Source of the DNA: Candidatus Bathyarchaeum sp.
GTDB taxonomy: Archaea; Thermoproteota; Bathyarchaeia; Bathyarchaeales; Bathyarchaeaceae
Assembly: GCA_026014495.1 (NCBI GenBank)
Contig: JAOZIF010000073.1
Coordinates: forward strand, 1 to 13,673
DNA: 13,673 nucleotides
Reading direction: 5' to 3'
In this document: positions 1 through 6,659 of the stretch, in pieces
Numbering within the stretch: the first letter of the stretch is position 1
How the letters are laid out: the number at the start of each line of letters is the position of its first letter
The notes under the pieces: generated by a model
What the model saw: only the letters and a program-made list of their open reading frames with translations
The model's database searches: none
Told to the model about the DNA's origin: nothing
Program-made: the position numbers and the translations under genes

Positions 1-592
1 CGCCTATGGGCACATTAGTTGCTTGATAAGCTGTATAATCATAAGACAAAACTCTGTTTCTTAAAGTGCTAATTTTTCTCAACATTTGTTCAATTATTTT
101 CTTCTTGTTTAAAATTGGCTCTGCTTTGCTCATAATTTGCTTTTGCACATCATATTCTGGAATGTCAAAATCCATTGAATATAATTGGCGAGTCGTGAGT
201 GTTTTGGAACCTTCACTAACACTAGCTTCTTCAAGCTGTCTGTCGTAGAACAAGGTAAAAAATTGAGGGTCAATCAAGTTTTCAGAATCCTTTCTTACAC
301 GAAAGAATCCTGCATGATGGTTTAAGGCGAACCTCTTGTTTTGGACAAAGGTCATTTTCCCTGCACTGCCATCAAGACTTATGATTATTCCAGTACCTTT
401 GAAAATAGTTACTGGTTTGTTCTTTTTTGTTCTACCCTTTTCTGATAAAAAACTTGCGCCCTCAACATGTTCCTGTTGCCCTCCCCATAGAGGGACAAAA
501 CTTTCATTGTATTGAATAGATTTGTAAACAGCTTCGTCTGTAAGTGCAAAATCACCCTTCTTTACGGGTTCAAATAAGTCTAAGAACTTCAT
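1..592 (-). CDS. hsdS: Restriction-modification specificity (S) subunit, HsdS/BcgIB-like; C-terminal part lies beyond the left edge of the window
   Basis: Not in the ORF track; translated by hand. ATG at 592, 4 nt after the stop of the R-M fusion gene, and open for 197 codons to the window edge: MKFLDLFEPVKKGDFALTDEAVYKSIQ...IIISLDGSAGKMTFVQNKRFALNHHAGFF...IDPQFFTLFY...SMDFDIPEYDVQKQIMSKAEPILNKKKIIEQMLRKISTLRNRVL. This is a TRD followed by the conserved 'xPxxxxQxxI' helical spacer typical of HsdS. Confidence 0.88.
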   Translation of the reverse strand, partial: MKFLDLFEPVKKGDFALTDEAVYKSIQYNESFVPLWGGQQEHVEGASFLSEKGRTKKNKPVTIFKGTGIIISLDGSAGKMTFVQNKRFALNHHAGFFRVRKDSENLIDPQFFTLFYDRQLEEASVSEGSKTLTTRQLYSMDFDIPEYDVQKQIMSKAEPILNKKKIIEQMLRKISTLRNRVLSYDYTAYQATNVPIG

Positions 593-596
593 GCTG

Positions 597-2618
597 TTAC
601 GCCAATTTTTTCATTTCATTTTCGATTATTTTAATTTCTTGTTGCAATTGGTCTGGTGTTATAAAGTGCGGTGTGAATGGTCTCAAATAATATTCGGGCA
701 ATAAGCAACAATATGTTTTAGCGTCAGTAATTTTGGAAATACTTACAAAACCGCCTTTTCTTAATTTAACTGTCTCCCCTTTCTCATTAATCCACTCTGT
801 TCCGTTAGTTTTTTCATCATCAAATTGTAACCAATGTTCCTCAAGCAAACCCGTCATTTCTTCGCCTTCAGTACTAACCCATCCCGATATTTCATCATGC
901 ATCCAACCATTCCTGTTATTCCTAAGTTTAGTTGGAAAACGCTTGTCAGAGTTTGCGAGACCGTCATTATCTATGATATACATCCAAATTGGATTTTTCT
1001 GCTTTTTTGTTAATTTTTCGTTCTTTTTAGTCAAAAATACGGCATACATTTTTTCTTTTGTGTATGGTGCAAAAGCAAATTTCGGCAACGAAATTATTGC
1101 TTCAAGAATGCATTTCTCAAATAAATCTTCTCTTAATTTTTTAAAAGATGGATTTTCAAGAACACCATCTGGCAACAATATACAAGCTTTTCCACCATCC
1201 TCAAGTAATTTGATGACTTTATACAAGAACGCAATTTCAGTGCGGTTGGATGTTAACACTGATGTTTCTGCTTTGATTGTTCCTGCACCTACTGGTGGAT
1301 TTGTCATAATGTAACGCCATTTCTGGTTAGGTTCAAATTTCCATTCTGATAAAGCATTAAAAGCTTTCATGTGAGTATGTCCATCGCCAACTAAGAACAT
1401 GTTGAGTTTGGTTCTGGAAATATTTTCGCTTTTGACATCTATTCCCCAAAAGCAATCATTTTCAAGAAATTTCTGTGCTTCACGAGTTAGTGTGTTGGTT
1501 GAAAGATAGACATTTCTAAGGACTTTGAACCCTTCTGTTAAGAAGCCACCTGTTCCACATGCTGGGTCTAAAATGGTGAATTTAGCATTTTTATTGAAAT
1601 AACTCTCATTTTTTAGGAGTATTTTAGCAAAAATATGTGTATAATGTCTTCTTGTGAAGTATTCCCCAAATTCCTTTTTTTCTTTTGTATCAGCAAACAT
1701 CTCATATACTGCACCAAATAAATCGAAACCAGTGCCATGTAATGGTTTCATAGAATCTACAACATCATAGATTTGCTGAACAAATTCTTCATTGATGAGA
1801 GCTTTCTTTTCTTTTGTTCCTGTTATAATCACTCTTACTTTTTCCATCAGATTTGAAAATTCGCCAAATTGTTCTTGTTCCAATCTTGAAATGTATTTTG
1901 ATAATTTTGCCACTGTCTCTTCTGCCGTTGACTCAGCACAACCAGACCAGTATATTTTTGTTTTATCCAGTTTGCCTTTTTGTTGTTTTTCTCGTTCTTC
2001 AAAATATTCTAAAGAAATAATCCCAATTGTGAAATCAATTTTTTGAACGTTATTGTCAAAATTGATGTTACGATATATTTTTGCTAGTTCCCAAAGTTTC
2101 TTGTTAAAAACAGCTTCTGAAATTACTGAAAGAGAGTCAACATTAGTGAGAATGTTTTCCAGTGTTGGGTCTTTTGTGAGACGATTCTTAATTAATCGAA
2201 GTATGTCTATTGTCTGAAATTCTCGAACTGGGTTACCGTTGAGTTTTATTTCATTTCCTGTTTTGGCGTTATAGAATATGGTGACTTTACAATTTGTAAC
2301 AACAAAATATGGAAGTTTTAGTTTAGGTGCTTTAGAGAATCCTTGATTAATGGCGTCTTTCCAGTCTGTATCTCCAACAGCACAGTCATCTTTTACTTCT
2401 GCATAAGCCACCAAATTTTCAATAAATTGTTTTTCATTCTTTGTTGTTGGGTCATATTCAAATTCTGAGATGAGAAGGTCTGGTCGTTTTGAGCCAGTAT
2501 AGTCAACAAAAGTCGTGTCGTTAACGATTTGTCTTGAAGGAATACTAAGTTGGTTAACAAGAATTTCGTGTATAAATCGGTTAACAGATAGAGCTTCTTG
2601 CTTCTTTTTTCTAGCCAT
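597..2618 (-). CDS. Fused restriction endonuclease / N6-adenine DNA methyltransferase (Type IIB BcgIA-like or IIG), 673 aa
   Basis: N-terminal PD-(D/E)XK motif (KRPDLLIS...AYAEVKD), GEYFT motif X, SAM-binding motif I DPACGTGGFL, motif II GIDV, motif IV NPPV, motif VIII LPKFAF. The downstream S subunit is translationally adjacent. No HsdR helicase in the window. Confidence 0.9.
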   Translation of the reverse strand: MARKKKQEALSVNRFIHEILVNQLSIPSRQIVNDTTFVDYTGSKRPDLLISEFEYDPTTKNEKQFIENLVAYAEVKDDCAVGDTDWKDAINQGFSKAPKLKLPYFVVTNCKVTIFYNAKTGNEIKLNGNPVREFQTIDILRLIKNRLTKDPTLENILTNVDSLSVISEAVFNKKLWELAKIYRNINFDNNVQKIDFTIGIISLEYFEEREKQQKGKLDKTKIYWSGCAESTAEETVAKLSKYISRLEQEQFGEFSNLMEKVRVIITGTKEKKALINEEFVQQIYDVVDSMKPLHGTGFDLFGAVYEMFADTKEKKEFGEYFTRRHYTHIFAKILLKNESYFNKNAKFTILDPACGTGGFLTEGFKVLRNVYLSTNTLTREAQKFLENDCFWGIDVKSENISRTKLNMFLVGDGHTHMKAFNALSEWKFEPNQKWRYIMTNPPVGAGTIKAETSVLTSNRTEIAFLYKVIKLLEDGGKACILLPDGVLENPSFKKLREDLFEKCILEAIISLPKFAFAPYTKEKMYAVFLTKKNEKLTKKQKNPIWMYIIDNDGLANSDKRFPTKLRNNRNGWMHDEISGWVSTEGEEMTGLLEEHWLQFDDEKTNGTEWINEKGETVKLRKGGFVSISKITDAKTYCCLLPEYYLRPFTPHFITPDQLQQEIKIIENEMKKLA

Positions 2619-2758
2619 TACGACCCCACATTGTTGGGTTTTTTATTGTCGTACTTCTTGCATTATTAACGTCCATTTTGTCGATTTTCCAACCAAGTTT
2701 TCTATCTTTCACGCTTGGCGTAGTGTAATCGTTTCTTGTATATGTTTCTTGTCCATTA

Positions 2759-2800
2759 TCGTAACGTGTTACGAAAGTATTGAATTTAAGGTTTTCGTAA
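2759..2800. promoter_or_regulatory. Candidate operator: three TCGTAA/TTACGA half-sites forming overlapping inverted repeats
   Basis: TCGTAAC-GT-GTTACGA (2759-2774) and TTACGAAA(2769-2776)...TTTCGTAA(2793-2800), in the divergent intergenic region between the R-M operon and the AbrB gene. Confidence 0.55.
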
Positions 2801-2808
2801 GAGGTTAA

Positions 2809-2816
2809 TTTTTATA
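2809..2816 (+). promoter_or_regulatory. TATA box for the AbrB-like gene
   Basis: TTTTTATA about 30 nt upstream of the TTG start; GTGA RBS-like motif at 2837-2840. Confidence 0.5.
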
Positions 2817-2846
2817 CGAGTTATACTATTTTAGACGTGATTGAAA

Positions 2847-2999
2847 TTGAATAAGACGGTTTCGATAACAAAGGTCAGCAAGAAGGGGACAATTCATATA
2901 CCCACAGAATTGATGACCGAGCTAAAATTATCTGAAGGCGATAAAATACTCTGGAAATTAATGGGCAACAAAGCGGTTATTGAAAAGCTGTCTGAATAA
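2847..2999 (+). CDS. AbrB/MazE/SpoVT-family DNA-binding protein, 50 aa
   Basis: Not in the ORF track. TTG start (alternative in-frame TTG at 2841): MNKTVSITKVSKKGTIHIPTELMTELKLSEGDKILWKLMGNKAVIEKLSE. This matches the swapped-hairpin pattern 'xKVxxxGxIxIPxEL...LxLxEGDxVxW'. Confidence 0.88.
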   Translation: MNKTVSITKVSKKGTIHIPTELMTELKLSEGDKILWKLMGNKAVIEKLSE

Positions 3000-3041
3000 C
3001 CCCCATGCCCCTTTTCAGCGAAAATATTTTTTTAACAACAC

Positions 3042-3079
3042 TTTTCAAATATGGCTTGTTCCGAAAAGCTATTTGAGAA
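3042..3079 (+). repeat. Long imperfect hairpin downstream of the AbrB gene
   Basis: TTTTCAAATA(3042-3051)/TATTTGAGAA(3070-3079) with one G.U pair, a 2-nt bulge, then GCTT/AAGC. Confidence 0.55.
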
Positions 3080-3110
3080 CTCTTATTAAGAAGAAAAATG
3101 GCGAGTTTAC

Positions 3111-3200
3111 AGGGGAATTGGCTGAGAACAACGTCTTCTTCGGAAGTGCGTCTGTTACACCAACTCGGCTGATTCCCCACCCAAAAAAGAATTTTCTTTT
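3111..3200 (+). ncRNA. Candidate small structured RNA (about 90 nt), family unrecognised
   Basis: GGGGAATTGGCTGAG(3112-3126) pairs with CTCGGCTGATTCCCC(3164-3178): 15 bp, 12 Watson-Crick and 3 G.U. Then a 7-nt 3' bulge ACACCAA, AACA/TGTT, ACG/CGT and CTTC-TTCG-GAAG (C(UUCG)G tetraloop). TATA-like TTATTAAG at 3083-3090, about 25 nt upstream of the stem start, and a TTTTCTTTT tract at 3192-3200. Confidence 0.6.
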
Positions 3201-3378
3201 GTAAAGCGTCTTGGAATCCAGTCTTGAAAAAAACGCCCTTATGCGTCTTATGTAGAAAAAGCGTTTTTTGGACATATTTTAGCCAAAAAACCTGTTCTTT
3301 CATCCTCTTTTCATAAATGCTGAAAATTTGCCAATTTCATGGGAAATTAAGTTCTTTTTGGGCGTAATCTGAGGAATA

Positions 3379-3386
3379 TTTATAAG
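3379..3386 (+). promoter_or_regulatory. TATA box for the four-gene ATPase operon
   Basis: TTTATAAG(G), identical to the box at 7599; GGTG RBS at 3409-3412 before ATG 3419. Confidence 0.65.
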
Positions 3387-3418
3387 GTGTTTTGTTCCCG
3401 TTCCTAGCGGTGTAACAG

Positions 3419-3556
3419 ATGCATAGGAAAGATAGAGTCAAGTCTAGCGAAGCTTTGAGGCTAATTTTTAGGACTCTGTTTTCTGAGCCTAGCCCAGAAG
3501 TTTCGTATCGGAATCTCTGGAAGATTCCACAAAACGAATTCGGGAGAGCAAAATAA
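3419..3556 (+). CDS. Small hypothetical protein, 45 aa
   Basis: Not in the ORF track. MHRKDRVKSSEALRLIFRTLFSEPSPEVSYRNLWKIPQNEFGRAK. Has a TATA box and GGTG RBS upstream, and a TAATG stop/start overlap with the next gene. Confidence 0.6.
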   Translation: MHRKDRVKSSEALRLIFRTLFSEPSPEVSYRNLWKIPQNEFGRAK

Positions 3557-3957
3557 TGAAGTCCTGCACTTTGTACAAAATCCGAGAAACCGTTAACACT
3601 CTCTCAACTGACACAGAAGCCACACAGAAAGCAGTAAACGAAATTGAGGACGCAATCCAGAAAGACGCAGAGTATAACGGATACTCAAATTATGAAACTT
3701 GGCTGATGTCCCTTAATCTCGACAATGACCAGTACCTCAATGAGCGAGTTATGGAGATTGCTAACGGATGCGGGGACACCTACGACAAAGCACAGGAACT
3801 TAAGGAATTCATTGAATCTGAGTTCTACGTGGAGGAGTACGGAATTTACAAAATCTCGGACATCTGGACAGAGCGAGACTTTCAAGAAATCGACTTTGCC
3901 GAAATCATAGAGAGCCACTTAGACGAATCATACGCAACTGAAGAGGACGAGGACTAA
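3556..3957 (+). CDS. Highly acidic hypothetical protein, 133 aa, with a YNGxxNYETW...LxxDND motif
   Basis: Hand count 35 D/E versus 10 K/R. TAATG overlaps at both ends. The motif resembles one I recall from phage hypothetical proteins (unverified). Confidence 0.85.
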   Translation: MKSCTLYKIRETVNTLSTDTEATQKAVNEIEDAIQKDAEYNGYSNYETWLMSLNLDNDQYLNERVMEIANGCGDTYDKAQELKEFIESEFYVEEYGIYKISDIWTERDFQEIDFAEIIESHLDESYATEEDED

Positions 3958-4121
3958 TGAAAGCGCAGATTCTAAACTACGCAGTACCACACAGCAAAAA
4001 GAAGCTTCTGTTAGTTGGCAACGGTAATCCGTCTTCAGTGTTTGCGATTCAGTTAGGTAAGACGTTCACACCTAAAGACGCAGAGCAAATAATCAAAGCA
4101 GTTAACACAGGACAGTTCTAA
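3957..4121 (+). CDS. Small hypothetical protein, 54 aa
   Basis: Not in the ORF track. MKAQILNYAVPHSKKKLLLVGNGNPSSVFAIQLGKTFTPKDAEQIIKAVNTGQF. Fills the gap exactly: TAATG overlap upstream, stop 2 nt before the ATPase TTG. Confidence 0.75.
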   Translation: MKAQILNYAVPHSKKKLLLVGNGNPSSVFAIQLGKTFTPKDAEQIIKAVNTGQF

Positions 4122-4123
4122 GC

Positions 4124-5224
4124 TTGTCTTTCTCTCCCTCAATCTTCGACAAATTGTACATTGATATTTTGGAAAGGGGAGGGATTCATACTATCGGCAC
4201 CAAGCAAGTCGGGAAAAGTAACCTCAAAAAGTCGCTGACCGCTTACACGATAAACAAGCATCCAGAGACTAAAACCGTCATAATCGACCCAGAAGGTAGT
4301 TGGCAATACACCTTTAGCAAAGTCCCGTTTTACCGAATCTTACCCAACACTGTTAAGATTTCTGAAGAAATCACAGGACAAAGGTTAAACGGTTCTAATT
4401 TTACCCGAAAAGTTTACAAAATCGAGGAAACAACAAAACAGGACTGTTTACGGCTTCTAGAATCAAAAGAACCCGTATTATTCATTGTTGAACTTGAAAC
4501 ACCCGAAGAAATCGGCTTTTTTTCAGCGTGGATAATTGAAACAATCTACCAAAAACAGAGAATCCTAAGAAAGTACCATAAAGGCAACTTGCCGAAAAGC
4601 TACTTTGTGGTTCTGGAAGAGTCGGAAAACATCTTCGATAATAGCTCACTTGACAAGTCGATTTTTAACAAGCTCCGCAAAAAATACGCAGAGTGCGCTA
4701 ACCTCAAAATAGGCATTCTTAGCAGTTCGCAGAGATTGACGGAAGTTAGCAAGAAGTTCCGTGCAAAGATGGCGGGGTACTTAGTCGGGCACATTCTAGA
4801 GGACGATTTCATAGGACTACTGCAACGTATGCTTAAAATCAAACTAAAGAAAGACGCTGAAAAGGTAACAGGCCCGCAATTCAGATATTCCTTTTTCTAC
4901 ACAGGACTTAATCAGACGTTCAAAGTTCCTCGATTCGAGCAAGAAGGCACACCCTATGAAGTGCCAAGAACCGAACCCGACCCACAACCCGAACCAAAGG
5001 AGGAAACAATCAAATTGAAAAGGCAAGTCAAGAAGCCAAGTCTTAGGGAGCGACTTAAGCACCTGTGGCGCAGATTCGTTTCTTTCCCTATTCCAGTCAA
5101 TGACGAACCCACAAATCAAATAACCTACACAGAAGACGAACCCGAAGACTTGAATGTTTTACTTGCAGAGGATAACGAACAGCTAGACGAAAGTCTGTTT
5201 AGTGACGAATCAGAAGACGATTAA
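4124..5224 (+). CDS. HerA/FtsK-superfamily P-loop ATPase, 366 aa
   Basis: Walker A GTKQVGKS, 'VIIDPEGSW' strand, Walker B variant YFVVLEESE, 'SSSQRL' glutamine-sensor/arginine motif. C-terminus has a Pro-rich linker, a basic amphipathic segment and an acidic tail. Confidence 0.85.
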   Translation: MSFSPSIFDKLYIDILERGGIHTIGTKQVGKSNLKKSLTAYTINKHPETKTVIIDPEGSWQYTFSKVPFYRILPNTVKISEEITGQRLNGSNFTRKVYKIEETTKQDCLRLLESKEPVLFIVELETPEEIGFFSAWIIETIYQKQRILRKYHKGNLPKSYFVVLEESENIFDNSSLDKSIFNKLRKKYAECANLKIGILSSSQRLTEVSKKFRAKMAGYLVGHILEDDFIGLLQRMLKIKLKKDAEKVTGPQFRYSFFYTGLNQTFKVPRFEQEGTPYEVPRTEPDPQPEPKEETIKLKRQVKKPSLRERLKHLWRRFVSFPIPVNDEPTNQITYTEDEPEDLNVLLAEDNEQLDESLFSDESEDD

Positions 5225-5230
5225 ACTTAA

Positions 5231-5250
5231 TCCTCTTCTCTCTTTTTTAT
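5231..5250 (+). terminator. Pyrimidine/oligo-T tract after the ATPase
   Basis: TCCTCTTCTCTCTTTTTTAT begins 6 nt after the stop codon; archaeal intrinsic termination uses oligo-T tracts. Confidence 0.5.
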
Positions 5251-5263
5251 CACAGTAACTAAT

Positions 5264-5619
5264 CTATTTACTACATAGTACTTTATACATACCTGTTATT
5301 TATTACTAAATGGTAATAAAACATTAAAAGTTAACGTTGTAAGATTGTCGTTCTAACCGTATTCTCCCTATGTGAAGAGTCAGTTTTTAGCCACATAATA
5401 CGGCTTGCTGACTAGAGAAATCAGTCATTTTCAACAATTTAGTGGTATAATTTATACAATATTTGTTTAAAATCTGTAAAACATGCCACTACTCCCCCAC
5501 CTATTTTGGTTTAATGAATCATTAATGCAAAAAACATAGTGGGTTGTACGTAGTGAACTAATTTTAATCTGAGGGTAATTTTTCGTAGTTTTGCGGTAGT
5601 AAATAGTTATGTTGTAGTG
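5264..5619. repeat. AT-rich convergent intergenic region with inverted and short repeats
   Basis: CTATTTACTAC(5264-5274)/GTAGTAAATAG(5596-5606) 11-bp inverted repeat; TTTATTAC/GTAATAAA (5299-5320); GTATAA-T-TTATAC (5445-5457); AGTCAG/CTGACT hairpin (5378-5413); GTAGT at 5550, 5585, 5596, 5614 and its complement at 5270 and 5488. Confidence 0.45.
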
Positions 5620-5632
5620 TTTGGATTTTTAT

Positions 5633-6472
5633 CTATAACTTCCATTGTAGGATACAATTTAGAACAAAATTGAAAGTGAATAAAGCTTTTTCTTTAGAGA
5701 ACATTTTCAGTTCCACTTTTCTGCCTTCTTCTTCGTCAAAGGCTGCCATGATTGGGCGGGCATATTTCACATTTTCTTCCTCGTCATCCCAATAAGCAGA
5801 CGGAGCAATTTTTTTGTATTTCCGATAAGTTAGATAATCGATTCCCAGTTTTAATATCGTTACATCCTCTGCTAAGTTGTCAATCAGTTCCCTCATTAAG
5901 GGTGGTCGAAAATTCAGTTCATCAAAGTGTTCCCATTTTGCTCGGCTAAATGCTGCAATAGCGTGTAGCATACATTTTTTGTAATCTCTTTTTTCAAATG
6001 CTTCTTCTGCTATCGTAAGAATTTTTCTGAGAGTGGTGTCTTCAACCAATGATGCCATAAATAACTCGTCAAATTCTATATCAAAAACTTGTTTCAATAC
6101 TGCCTTGATGAAATCAGACACATAAACATCAAATCTTGTAACAAATTCTGATGATAGAGGCGACACACCCCAATGTTGAACATCATTTCGAAAAGCATGA
6201 AGTTGAAACATTTCTGTTTTTTTGGGTAATGGAATTGTTCTGTCAATGGCTTTCCAAAGTTCAGGGAAATAAATGAAGAGTGGTTTTTTTAATTTAATGT
6301 TCTTTTGGATTGCGACACATTTGAGTAAAAGTTCTACAGCGTTATCTAGATTGTGAATTGCAATCATTCTGTCAAACTCTGTTTGATGCGAAATGTGCTC
6401 ATGAGCGTGAAAATACAGTTTCTTGACGTAAACCAGTCGTCTCTTAGTTGGGTAATCGATGTTAGTTGACAT
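5633..6472 (-). CDS. HEPN-domain protein (predicted RNase; defence/toxin-like), 279 aa
   Basis: N-terminal HEPN helix with conserved Glu (AIHNLDNAVELLLK) and an intact R-x4-H motif (FRNDVQHWG), plus an additional helical C-terminal region. Confidence 0.75.
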   Translation of the reverse strand: MSTNIDYPTKRRLVYVKKLYFHAHEHISHQTEFDRMIAIHNLDNAVELLLKCVAIQKNIKLKKPLFIYFPELWKAIDRTIPLPKKTEMFQLHAFRNDVQHWGVSPLSSEFVTRFDVYVSDFIKAVLKQVFDIEFDELFMASLVEDTTLRKILTIAEEAFEKRDYKKCMLHAIAAFSRAKWEHFDELNFRPPLMRELIDNLAEDVTILKLGIDYLTYRKYKKIAPSAYWDDEEENVKYARPIMAAFDEEEGRKVELKMFSKEKALFTFNFVLNCILQWKL

Positions 6473-6529
6473 CAGTAATCCCAGTTAATCTATGTGTCCC
6501 AAATATTTTACATTATTCAATAGTCCATC

Positions 6530-6652
6530 TGGTCACTGTTTGTCCCGTGACCATAAATTTTGGACGGGTAGGTGTTTGCGCCTACCCAATCCCGACCAAC
6601 GACAGATTTTCTCCCCTTTCTGTCCTTTTCTCACTCAATGTCATGAAGTGAG
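6530..6652 (-). other. Multi-hairpin leader upstream of the HEPN gene
   Basis: On the + strand: TGGTCAC/GTGACCA (6530-6553), GGGTAGGTG-TTTG-CGCCTACCC (6566-6587) and CTCACT/AGTGAG (6630-6652). The first two share TGTTTG (CAAACA on the sense strand). Confidence 0.5.
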
Positions 6653-6659
6653 TGTGACC

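Noticed and set aside
2643-2756. Minus-strand ATG ORF MDKKHIQETITLRQA*KIENLV... with an internal TGA
   Set aside because: Too short, no recognisable motif, and no evidence for readthrough.
66-2808. Track ORFs 66..248, 733..1314, 1792..2046 and 2515..2808 (+)
   Set aside because: Antisense shadows of the S subunit and R-M fusion genes (the last also spans the promoter region); S/F-rich low-information sequence with no RBS.
3112-3181. Hairpin as an H/ACA or C/D guide RNA, tRNA or CRISPR repeat
   Set aside because: No symmetric pseudouridylation pocket, K-turn or ACA tail (reads ACC), no C/D boxes, no cloverleaf, and only a single copy.
2977-3303. Track ORFs 2977..3303(-), 2980..3204(+), 3069..3275(-) and a 24-aa ATG ORF at 3098..3172
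   Set aside because: They overlap each other in several frames, are F/K-rich from homopolymer runs and lack properly spaced RBSs; the region is better explained as structured RNA.
5264-5606. MITE interpretation of the 11-bp inverted repeat
   Set aside because: No target-site duplication seen and no transposase in the window; kept only as an unexplained repeat.
3685-5949. Track ORFs 3685..3918(-), 3725..3910(+), 4600..4842(-), 4844..5119(-) and 5752..5949(+)
   Set aside because: Fully nested in or antisense to better-supported genes.
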